Shown here piece by piece: positions 54,720 through 64,000 of a stretch of DNA of 64,000 bases (within the stretch, counting starts at the first letter, position 1; every line of letters starts with the position of its first letter). Position numbers and translations under genes: made by a program. The stretch comes from an uncultured Actinomycetes bacterium (GTDB lineage Bacteria; Actinomycetota; Thermoleophilia; Gaiellales; Gaiellaceae), in assembly GCA_963847985.1 (NCBI GenBank), contig CAWKBS010000009.1:59470-123469 (forward strand). The letters are read 5' to 3'. A model generated the notes under the pieces. It saw nothing but the letters and a program-made list of their open reading frames with translations. It was not told the DNA's origin and did not search any database.

Positions 54720-55403
54720 GCCCTCGAGGCCGTGCTCGAGGCGATCGACCGGGACGCGCCCGACGAGCTCTGGTGCCTGGGCGACCTCGTTGGCTACGGC
54801 CCGCGCCCGAACCGCTGCTGCGCCCTCATGGCGGAGCGGGCGGACGTGTGCCTGATAGGTAACCACGACCTCGCTGCCCTCGGCCGGCTCGACCTCGCGA
54901 TCTTCTCCCCGGACGCCGCCCTCAGCGCCGCCTGGACGGCAGCGTGCCTCGAGCCCGAGAGGCGGGCGTTCCTCGAGCCGCTCGAGCCGCGCGGAGAGCG
55001 CGACGGCACCGGCCTCTTCCACGCAAGCCCCCGCGACCCGGTCTGGGAGTACGTCCTCTCGCCCGGCATCGCGTACGCGGGCCTGGCTGCGACGCCGCAC
55101 GAGCGCGTGCTCGTGGGCCACAGCCACGTCGCGCTCCACTTCCGCCTCGCCACCACGACCCTGGCGACCGCAGAGGCGGGCACCGAGCTCGAGCTCGCCG
55201 ACGACCGCTGGCTCCTCAATCCGGGCTCGGTCGGGCAGCCGCGGGACGGCGACCCGCGGGCGGCCTGGCTCCTGCTCGACCTGGAGGCGGGGAAGGCGAC
55301 GTTCCGGCGCGAGACGTACGACGTCGGCGCGACCCAGGCGGAGATCCGCGAGCGCGGGCTACCCGAGGCCCTGGCCGCCCGCCTCGAGCACGGCGTCTCC
55401 TAG
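54678..55403 (+). CDS. metallophosphoesterase (YfcE/MJ0936-like)
   Basis: VVSDIHGN, LGDLVGYG, GNHD, GHSH and NPGSVGQPRDGD. Confidence 0.8.
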   Translation: MRAAVVSDIHGNLHALEAVLEAIDRDAPDELWCLGDLVGYGPRPNRCCALMAERADVCLIGNHDLAALGRLDLAIFSPDAALSAAWTAACLEPERRAFLEPLEPRGERDGTGLFHASPRDPVWEYVLSPGIAYAGLAATPHERVLVGHSHVALHFRLATTTLATAEAGTELELADDRWLLNPGSVGQPRDGDPRAAWLLLDLEAGKATFRRETYDVGATQAEIRERGLPEALAARLEHGVS

Positions 55404-55990
55404 GTCAGCGTCTCGGCCCGCGCGCTCTGGCGCGAGACCTCGACCTCGATGCCCTCGCGCTCGAGCGCGAGCTGCACCTCTTCGCGGGCCTTGAAGATCC
55501 GCCACTTGACCGTGGCGAGCGTGATCTCGAGGGAGTCGGCGATCTCCGTGTAGGAGAGCCCGACGACGTCGCGGAGGAGCAGGGCCATCTTGAGGTCGGG
55601 GTTGAGCAAGCCGACCGCGCGCCAGACGGCATCGATGACCTCGGTGCGCTCGGGCGGCGTGTCCACCACCTCGAGCGGAGGCATGTCGTCCAGCGTCACG
55701 ACCGCGTGGGGCTTCCGGTCGCGGGCCCGCAGCTCGTCCAGGACGCGGTTCTTGGCAATCTGGAAGAGCCAGGTCGTGAAGCGGCAGCGCAGCGAGAAGC
55801 CCGGCAGCCCCTGGTAGATCCGCAGGAAGATCTCCTGCGTCAGATCCTCCGCCAGGGCCCGGTCACCGACGATCCGGAGGACGTAGTTGAACACCGGCCC
55901 CTCGTACATCTCGAGGAGCACCTGGAAGGCGCGTTCGTCCCCCTTTTGCGCTCGCCGCAGGAGGAGATGGTCAGGTTGAGGTAAAGGCAC
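55400..55990 (-). CDS. ECF-type RNA polymerase sigma factor
   Basis: GTG 55990. Region 2 VFNYVLRIVGDRALAEDLTQEIFLRIY and TWLFQIAKNRVLD. Region 4 LLLRDVVGLSYTEIADSLEITLATVKWRIFKAR. Confidence 0.85.
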   Translation of the reverse strand: MPLPQPDHLLLRRAQKGDERAFQVLLEMYEGPVFNYVLRIVGDRALAEDLTQEIFLRIYQGLPGFSLRCRFTTWLFQIAKNRVLDELRARDRKPHAVVTLDDMPPLEVVDTPPERTEVIDAVWRAVGLLNPDLKMALLLRDVVGLSYTEIADSLEITLATVKWRIFKAREEVQLALEREGIEVEVSRQSARAETLT

Positions 55991-56034
55991 GCGTGTGGCC
56001 CGGGCCGCGGGGTGAGCGGAGTATAGCTCCGGGG

Positions 56035-57522
56035 TTAGACCGAGCGGACCAGGATCCTGCCGGTCATCCCCTTCGCCATGGGAAGTCCCAGTAGCCACAG
56101 ACACGTGGGTACTAGATCGGCAAGCGCACCGTCCTCCTGTAGCACCCCGTTTGGCATGGTGACGACGAGGGGCACCGGGTTCGTCGTGTGCGCCGTGTGC
56201 GGGCTCACCCCGTCGGACTCGAGTTGCTTCTCGGCGTTCCCGTGGTCGGCGGTGATCACGCAGACGCCGCCGAGCGCCTCGACGGCAGCGACCGTCTTCC
56301 CGAGCGCCGCGTCGGTCGCCTCGACTGCCTTCACGACCGCGGGGATCACGCCCGTGTGCCCGACCATGTCCGGGTTCGCGTAGTTGACGACCGCGAACCG
56401 GTAGCCGTTCGGGAGCTCCGCCGCGAAGCGCTCGGCCACCTCCGCGGCGGACATCTCGGGCTTCAGGTCGTACGTGGCCACGTCGCGCGGCGACGGGACG
56501 AGGACACGCGTCTCCCCCTCCCACTCCTGCTCGCGGCCGCCGTTGAAGAAGTAGGTGACGTGGGCGTACTTCTCCGTCTCGGCGGCGTGGAGCTGGCGCA
56601 GCCCGTGCCCGGCGAGCACCTCGGCGATCGTGCCCTCGACCACCTGCTCCTCGAAGACGACCGGGCAGTCGAAGTCGGCGCGGTAGCGGGTCATCGTCGT
56701 CAGGTCGACGCCCTCCTCCAGGAGCCGCTGCGAGAGCTGACGAGCCCGGTCGGGCCGAAAGTTGAAGTGGATCGCGGCGTCGCCCGCCGTCAGCCGCGGC
56801 AGCGGCAGGACGACCGGCTCGACGAACTCGTCCGTCACGTCGCGGGCGTAGGAGGCTTCGACGGCCGCGACCGGGTCGTCGGCCTGCTCTCCTTCCCCGC
56901 GCAGGATCGCGGCGAGCGCGCGCTCCGTTCGCTCCCAGCGCTGGTCGCGGTCCATGGCGTGGTAGCGGCCCGAGACGGTGGCGATGCGGGCGCCCTCGGC
57001 CACGAGCTCCGCCAGGTCGCTGCGCGCCGAGGTCGGCGAGACGTCGCGGCCGTCGGTGAACGCGTGCACGTAGGTGCGCTCGGCCATCCCCTCTCGGCGG
57101 GCGAGCTCGAGCAGGGCGCGCAGGTGGTCGATGTGCGAGTGGACGCCGCCGTAGGAGACGAGCCCGAGCAGGTGGACGTTGCCGCCGCGCTCCTTCGCCC
57201 GCCGGAAGGCGCCGGTGAGCGCAGGACTCTCGAAGAGCGCGCCCGACTCGATCGCCCGGTTCACGCGCATGAGGTCCTGGAAGATCACACGGCCGGAGCC
57301 GATGGTCAGGTGGCCGACCTCCGAGTTGCCCATCTGGCCCGGCGGCAGGCCGACGTCCTCGCCCGACGCGCCCAGCGTCGCGTGCGGGTAGCGCTCCCAG
57401 AGCGCGTCGAAGACGGGCGTGTCGGCGAGCTCGACCGCGTTCCCCGGGCCCGGCGGCGCGCAGCCCCATCCGTCCAGGATGACGAGCGCTACGAGCGGGA
57501 AAGGCGGGCGGCCGTCAGGCAA
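56035..57522 (-). CDS. gpmI: 2,3-bisphosphoglycerate-independent phosphoglycerate mutase
   Basis: LVILDGWG, GNSEVGH, GGVHSH, FTDGRD, ANPDMVGHTG and ITADHGN. The only in-frame canonical start near the conserved N-terminus is TTG 57522. Confidence 0.85.
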   Translation of the reverse strand: MPDGRPPFPLVALVILDGWGCAPPGPGNAVELADTPVFDALWERYPHATLGASGEDVGLPPGQMGNSEVGHLTIGSGRVIFQDLMRVNRAIESGALFESPALTGAFRRAKERGGNVHLLGLVSYGGVHSHIDHLRALLELARREGMAERTYVHAFTDGRDVSPTSARSDLAELVAEGARIATVSGRYHAMDRDQRWERTERALAAILRGEGEQADDPVAAVEASYARDVTDEFVEPVVLPLPRLTAGDAAIHFNFRPDRARQLSQRLLEEGVDLTTMTRYRADFDCPVVFEEQVVEGTIAEVLAGHGLRQLHAAETEKYAHVTYFFNGGREQEWEGETRVLVPSPRDVATYDLKPEMSAAEVAERFAAELPNGYRFAVVNYANPDMVGHTGVIPAVVKAVEATDAALGKTVAAVEALGGVCVITADHGNAEKQLESDGVSPHTAHTTNPVPLVVTMPNGVLQEDGALADLVPTCLWLLGLPMAKGMTGRILVRSV

Positions 57523-58220
57523 ATCGCTGCGAACGATTCCACGTCGAGCGAGGCGCCGCCGACGAGCGCGCCGTCCACGTCCGGCTGGGAGAGGAGGTCC
57601 TCGGCGTTCTCGGGCTTGACCGAGCCGCCGTAGAGGATGCGGCCGACCGGGTACAGGCCGCGGATCAGCGCGTGCGCCTCCTGCGCGGTCTCGGGCGTCG
57701 CCGTCTTGCCGGTTCCGATCGCCCAGACGGGCTCGTAGGCGACGTCGAGCGCCGCAGGCGGCTCCGGAACGGCCGCGGCGATGGCTTCGACCTGGCGGCG
57801 CAGGACGGCCTCGGTCTCGCCCGCCTCCCGCTCTGCGAGCGTCTCGCCGACGCAGGCGATGACACCGAGCCCGGCGTCGAGCGCCGCGCGCGCCCGGCGG
57901 GCGGTCGTCTCGTCGGTCTCGCCGAAGTACTGGCGGCGCTCGGAGTGGCCCACGATCGCGCCGGCGACGCCGGCCTCGAGCAGCATCGTGCAGGAGACCT
58001 CCCCCGTGAACGCGCCCTCGTCCTCCCAGTGGACGTTCTGCGCGTAGACGTGGACGGCGGTCCGGTCGAGCTCGGCGACGGCCGCTTGGAGCGAGACGAA
58101 CGGCGGGGCGACCACGACGTCGACACCCTCGGCGCCGCCGAGGGCGGCGCGAAGCCGGGCGCAGAATACGGCGGCCTCCCCCGTCCCTTTGAACATCTTC
58201 CAGTTGCCGGCGATCAGCAT
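57489..58220 (-). CDS. tpiA: triose-phosphate isomerase
   Basis: IAGNWKM, VGHSERR, AYEPVWAIGTG and GGSV. Confidence 0.9.
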   Translation of the reverse strand: MLIAGNWKMFKGTGEAAVFCARLRAALGGAEGVDVVVAPPFVSLQAAVAELDRTAVHVYAQNVHWEDEGAFTGEVSCTMLLEAGVAGAIVGHSERRQYFGETDETTARRARAALDAGLGVIACVGETLAEREAGETEAVLRRQVEAIAAAVPEPPAALDVAYEPVWAIGTGKTATPETAQEAHALIRGLYPVGRILYGGSVKPENAEDLLSQPDVDGALVGGASLDVESFAAICLTAARLSRS

Positions 58221-58230
58221 GGCGGTCCAT

Positions 58231-59193
58231 TCATGGCGTGATCACGACCTTTCCGCGAGCGTGCCCCTCCTCCACGTACGCGATGGCCTCGGGGACCTCG
58301 CTCAGCGGGTAGGTCCTGTCGATGACCGGCGTGACCTTGCCGGCTTCGACGAGCGCCGTGAGGGTCACCAGGTCCTCGTTGGTCTCCTTCGTCATGAGCA
58401 CTCGCATGTGCTGACCCACGAACGGGGACGCCACGAGTGCCCGCAGGATCCGGTCGATCCCCGCGAACCAGCCCTCGCCGCTGCTCAGCACCAGCGTTCC
58501 CTTCGGGGTGAGCGCGCGTCTGCAGGCCGAGGGCGAGGCGGTCCCCGCCAGCTGGAAGATCAGGTCGTACCGCCGTTCGCCGCGCGTGAAGTCCTCCCGC
58601 GTGTAGTCGACCACGTGGTCGGCCCCGAGCGAGCGGACGAGGTCCACCTTCGACGAGCTGCAGACACCGGTGACGCCGGCTCCGAGCTCCTTGCCGATCT
58701 GGACGGCGTACGTGCCGACGCCTCCGCCCGCACCGATGATCAGGACCTCCTGGCCCGGCTGCATGGCCCCGACGTCGCGGAGCCCCTGGAGCGCCGTGCA
58801 GCCGGCCATGGCCACGGTGGCGGCGCTCTCGAACGAAAGACCGGCCGGCTTCGGCACGAAGTGGCTCTCGTCGGCGCAGGCATAGTCGGCGAACGCGCCT
58901 TTGCACCAGCCGAGCACGTCGTCACCCGGTCGGAGCCGGGTCACGTCCTTGCCGACGGCCTCGACCTGTCCGGCGACGTCCGTGCCCCTGATCGGCACCG
59001 TCGGGGTCCGCAGCCCGGTTCCCGCCGCGCGGACGATGAAGGGGCTGGCCCGCATGAGGTGCCAGTCCTGGGGATTGACCGAGGCTGCGCGCACGCGCAC
59101 GAGCACATCGCCGTCGCCGACCGTCGGGCTCTCGACCTCCCGCAGCTCGAGGACGTCCGGCGGGCCGTACTTGTCCTGGACAACGGCCCTCAC
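58231..59193 (-). CDS. NADPH:quinone reductase-like MDR oxidoreductase (inserted between pgk and tpiA)
   Basis: MRAVVQDKYGPPDVLEL...VRVRAASVNPQD and IIGAGGGVGTYAVQ. Confidence 0.8.
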   Translation of the reverse strand: MRAVVQDKYGPPDVLELREVESPTVGDGDVLVRVRAASVNPQDWHLMRASPFIVRAAGTGLRTPTVPIRGTDVAGQVEAVGKDVTRLRPGDDVLGWCKGAFADYACADESHFVPKPAGLSFESAATVAMAGCTALQGLRDVGAMQPGQEVLIIGAGGGVGTYAVQIGKELGAGVTGVCSSSKVDLVRSLGADHVVDYTREDFTRGERRYDLIFQLAGTASPSACRRALTPKGTLVLSSGEGWFAGIDRILRALVASPFVGQHMRVLMTKETNEDLVTLTALVEAGKVTPVIDRTYPLSEVPEAIAYVEEGHARGKVVITP

Positions 59194-59196
59194 GTG

Positions 59197-60228
59197 TCAG
59201 GCCTCCGGGATGGCGACGACGCCGGGCAGCTCTTTGCCCTCGAGCAGCTCGAGCGAGGCGCCGCCGCCGGTCGAGATCCAGTCGATCCGCTCGGCGAGGC
59301 CGAGCTCCTCCACCGCCCGCACCGAGTCGCCCCCGCCCACGACCGTGTGCGCGCTCGCGGCGGCCACGGCCTCCGCGACCGCCTTCGTCCCCTCGGCGAA
59401 CCTGGGCCATTCGAAGACGCCCATCGGGCCGTTCCAGAACACCGTGCGGGCCTCGGCGATTCGCGCAGCGTAACGCTCACGCGTTGCCGGGCCGACGTCG
59501 AGGCCGAGCCAGCCGTCGGGCACGTCGTCCCAGGCGACCACCCGGGACTCCGCGTCCGGCTCGAACGCGGCCGCGGCGACCACGTCAGCCGGCAGCTCGT
59601 AGCCGGCGTCGCGCTCGACCTCCTCGGCCATCTTCCCACCGATCAGGAGCGTGTCCGCCCGCTCGGCAAGCGAGGTGAGGACACCGATCTTGTCCGCCAC
59701 CTTCGCGCCGCCGAGCACGGCGACGAACGGCCGCTCGGGGCCCTCGAGCAGGGCGCCGAGCTCGTTGAGCTCCAGCAGGAGTAACAGGCCCGCGTACGCC
59801 GGAAGCTCGTGCGCCACACCCTCGGTGGACGCATGCGCGCGGTGGGCCGAGCCGAACGCATCGTTGACGAAGAGATCGCCGTGCGCCGCCAGCTCGCGCG
59901 CGAGCCCGGGGTCGTTCGTCGTCTCGCGCGGGTCGAAGCGCGTGTTCTCGAGGAGTCGGATGCGCTCGTCGGGGACCAGCTCGCGGAGCCGCTCCTCGAC
60001 CGGCGCCAGCGAGAACGCGGGATCCTGGCCCTTCGGGCGGCCCAGGTGCGACATGAGCACCACCTCGGCCGCGTCCCGGTCGAGCAGAAGCCTGATCGTC
60101 GGCAGCGCCGCGGTGATCCGCGTGTCGTCGGCGACGCGCCCGTCCTCGAGCGGAACGTTGAAGTCGACGCGGGCGAGCACCCGCTTGCCGGTGACGTCGG
60201 CAGCCTCGACGGAGCGCGGTCGGTGCAC
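59197..60228 (-). CDS. pgk: phosphoglycerate kinase (compact, 343 aa)
   Basis: GTG 60228 after GGGAGG. KRVLARVDFNVP, SHLGRPKG, NDAFGSAHRAHAS, LGGAKVADK, WNGPMGVFE, GGGDS and STGGGASLE. Confidence 0.85.
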   Translation of the reverse strand: MHRPRSVEAADVTGKRVLARVDFNVPLEDGRVADDTRITAALPTIRLLLDRDAAEVVLMSHLGRPKGQDPAFSLAPVEERLRELVPDERIRLLENTRFDPRETTNDPGLARELAAHGDLFVNDAFGSAHRAHASTEGVAHELPAYAGLLLLLELNELGALLEGPERPFVAVLGGAKVADKIGVLTSLAERADTLLIGGKMAEEVERDAGYELPADVVAAAAFEPDAESRVVAWDDVPDGWLGLDVGPATRERYAARIAEARTVFWNGPMGVFEWPRFAEGTKAVAEAVAAASAHTVVGGGDSVRAVEELGLAERIDWISTGGGASLELLEGKELPGVVAIPEA

Positions 60229-60242
60229 CGCCGCAGCCTCCC

Positions 60243-61278
<1,036 letters not shown>

Positions 61279-61481
61279 CTAGCGGCGCCCGGCCCCGTGG
61301 AAATTTCTGGTCGAGGGGTCTTGCGCGCCCTTCGAGCGCGGATTACGCTCGCCGGGAGCGGGTCTACGCTCGTCCTGCGCTGGATACAGACCCCGTCCGG
61401 CGCAACGGTCCGGAGCGTGGTGAAAGGCGGAGGGGGAGGTCGTCCTCGGAGCTTCCCCTCCGGCCCGCTCGCCGGAAAGCG

Positions 61482-62402
61482 CTAGAGCTCCGCCAGCCGC
61501 TGGACGCGCGCGAGCCGGCGGTGCGCGGCCGCCTTCGTCGCGGGCGGGTCGCACCGGCGGGCGAGCTCGCGCAGGGAGAGCATCGGGTGGCGGACGCGGA
61601 GGCGCGCGATCTCGCCCAGCTCCGGCGCCAGCTCGTCGAGCCTGCCCTCGCGCTCCAGCCTGCGGATCGCCCGGAGCTGCGCGTCCGCAGCGCGGCTCGT
61701 GCGCACGATGTTGGCGTGGTCGGCGTTGGCGAGCCGGTTCGCCCGGGCGCGGGTCGCCGCGACGACGGCCTCCTCGCCGAGGCGCAGCGCCGCGTCCTGG
61801 GCGCCGAGGAAGGCGAGGAAGTCGGCGATCGTGTCGGTGCCCTTCGCATAGGCGACGGCATGCCGGCTGCGCTCGTAGACCGCCAGCGTGAACCCCTCCG
61901 CCGCCGCGAGCTCCGCGAGGAACCGCGCCGAGCCCTCGTCGGCGGTCCGCAGCTCGAGATGGGCGTTTCGCGGCCCGCTCGCCGAGCCGGCGGCCAGGAA
62001 CGCGCCGCGCAGATAGGCCGCCCGGCAGCACGGGCGGGCCACGACCCTCCGCGGCGGCCGCTCCAGCGGTGCCAGATTCGCGTCGAGAACGCCGGCTTCG
62101 TTCAACGCCTGCAGGGCGCGCGCGTCGTCCTCCAGATGGAGCTGGTAGCGCGTTCCCTGCTCGAAGGCGCGCCGGCGGTAGGTCCTGATCTCGCAGGGCA
62201 CGCCGTAGGAGCGTAGGAGCGAGAACGCACGGCGCGCCACTGGGCCGCTGGCCAGCTCCAGGTGGAGAGCGATGCGCCCGCCGCCCCGGAGATGGACGCT
62301 GCCGGCGCCGCGTACGAGCGCCGACAGCTCGGCGAGGCGGCAGCACGCCCGGCGCGGCTCGATCGCGGCCAGCTCGTCCCGGACGTCCTCGGACAGGCTC
62401 AG
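61482..62402 (-). CDS. whiA: DNA-binding protein WhiA
   Basis: SEDVRDELAAI...ACCRLAELSALVR, LAGLIDADG-like repeats, and a C-terminal HTH LSLRELA. The conserved N-terminus starts at CTG 62402, which overlaps the ogt stop as CTGA. No canonical start lies nearby. Confidence 0.8.
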   Translation of the reverse strand: MSLSEDVRDELAAIEPRRACCRLAELSALVRGAGSVHLRGGGRIALHLELASGPVARRAFSLLRSYGVPCEIRTYRRRAFEQGTRYQLHLEDDARALQALNEAGVLDANLAPLERPPRRVVARPCCRAAYLRGAFLAAGSASGPRNAHLELRTADEGSARFLAELAAAEGFTLAVYERSRHAVAYAKGTDTIADFLAFLGAQDAALRLGEEAVVAATRARANRLANADHANIVRTSRAADAQLRAIRRLEREGRLDELAPELGEIARLRVRHPMLSLRELARRCDPPATKAAAHRRLARVQRLAEL

Positions 62403-62869
62403 AGCTCGACGCCCTCGAGCGCCAGCAGCCGGCGCTTGTAGTCCGACCCGAGCGAGCCGTAGCCGCCGAGGCCCGACGAGGAGACGACGCGGTGACACGG
62501 GACGACGAGCGGGAAATTGTTCTCGGCGCAGAACGTCCCCGCCGCCCGAGGCGCGCCCGGGCGCCCGGCGAGGGCGGCGAGCTCGCCGTACGTGACCACC
62601 TCGCCCCACGGAATTCCCCGCAGCGCGCGGGCGAGCGCCTCCTGGAAGGGGGTCGCCCACTCGGCGTCGAGCTCGACGTCGTCGAAGGACGAGCGCTCGC
62701 CGCGGAAGTGCGCCTCGACCCGCTCCGCGAGCGGATGGCCCCCGCGCTCGGCCGTCGAGGAGCCGGCGCGCGGAAGCTCGTGGAAGAGCAGCTTCGCGCC
62801 CCTGAAGTAGAGCTCGCCGACGCCCCAGGCAGGCACGTCGTACGCGACCACGTCCATCCCCACGCCCAT
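62399..62869 (-). CDS. ogt: methylated-DNA--protein-cysteine methyltransferase
   Basis: IPWGEVVTYGELAALAGRPGAPRAAG...NNFPLVVPCHRVV (PCHR active site). Confidence 0.85.
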   Translation of the reverse strand: MGVGMDVVAYDVPAWGVGELYFRGAKLLFHELPRAGSSTAERGGHPLAERVEAHFRGERSSFDDVELDAEWATPFQEALARALRGIPWGEVVTYGELAALAGRPGAPRAAGTFCAENNFPLVVPCHRVVSSSGLGGYGSLGSDYKRRLLALEGVEL

Positions 62870-62872
62870 AGA

Positions 62873-64000
<1,128 letters not shown>

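Overview
This is a very high-G+C bacterial chromosome segment (about 70% by eye). Gene content and codon bias look like Actinomycetota, possibly Thermoleophilia- or Rubrobacteria-like, but the lineage cannot be fixed from this window. I support about 70 protein genes, one tRNA and several hairpins.

Most of the window is core metabolism and housekeeping:
- fatty-acid/aldehyde oxidation, dapB, and dinB divergent from a fused PafBC-like WYL regulator;
- a queG-histidine kinase operon;
- a variant System I cytochrome c maturation set (ccmE-ccmF-ccmI-like);
- a BolA/glutaredoxin pair, several peptidases, class I aldolase plus glpX, argS, and an ECF sigma factor;
- the ogt-whiA / gap-pgk-(qor)-tpiA-gpmI cluster, and pruA.

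Two regions stand out:
1. 13.2-17.5 kb holds a tightly coupled minus-strand operon: metallophosphoesterase, cyclic 2,3-diphosphoglycerate synthetase, 2-phosphoglycerate kinase, a divergent GlpX-like protein and a DUF59 protein. This is the archaeal thermoprotectant (cDPG) pathway in a bacterial context.
2. About 35.2-44.6 kb is an accessory island ending at tRNA-Gly(CCC). It carries a decayed integrase remnant and a duplicated tRNA-flank hairpin. Its cargo is a TIR / single-TM / 14-blade WD40 protein with near-identical, position-specifically hypervariable repeats, and a large leaderless thermolysin/fungalysin-like HExxH protein.

Caveats: several otherwise intact genes, including the normally essential gap, carry single-base frame disruptions, so indel errors in the sequence are likely. 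Several conserved N-termini can only be reached from CTG codons. All calls come from reading the translations by eye; no searches were run.
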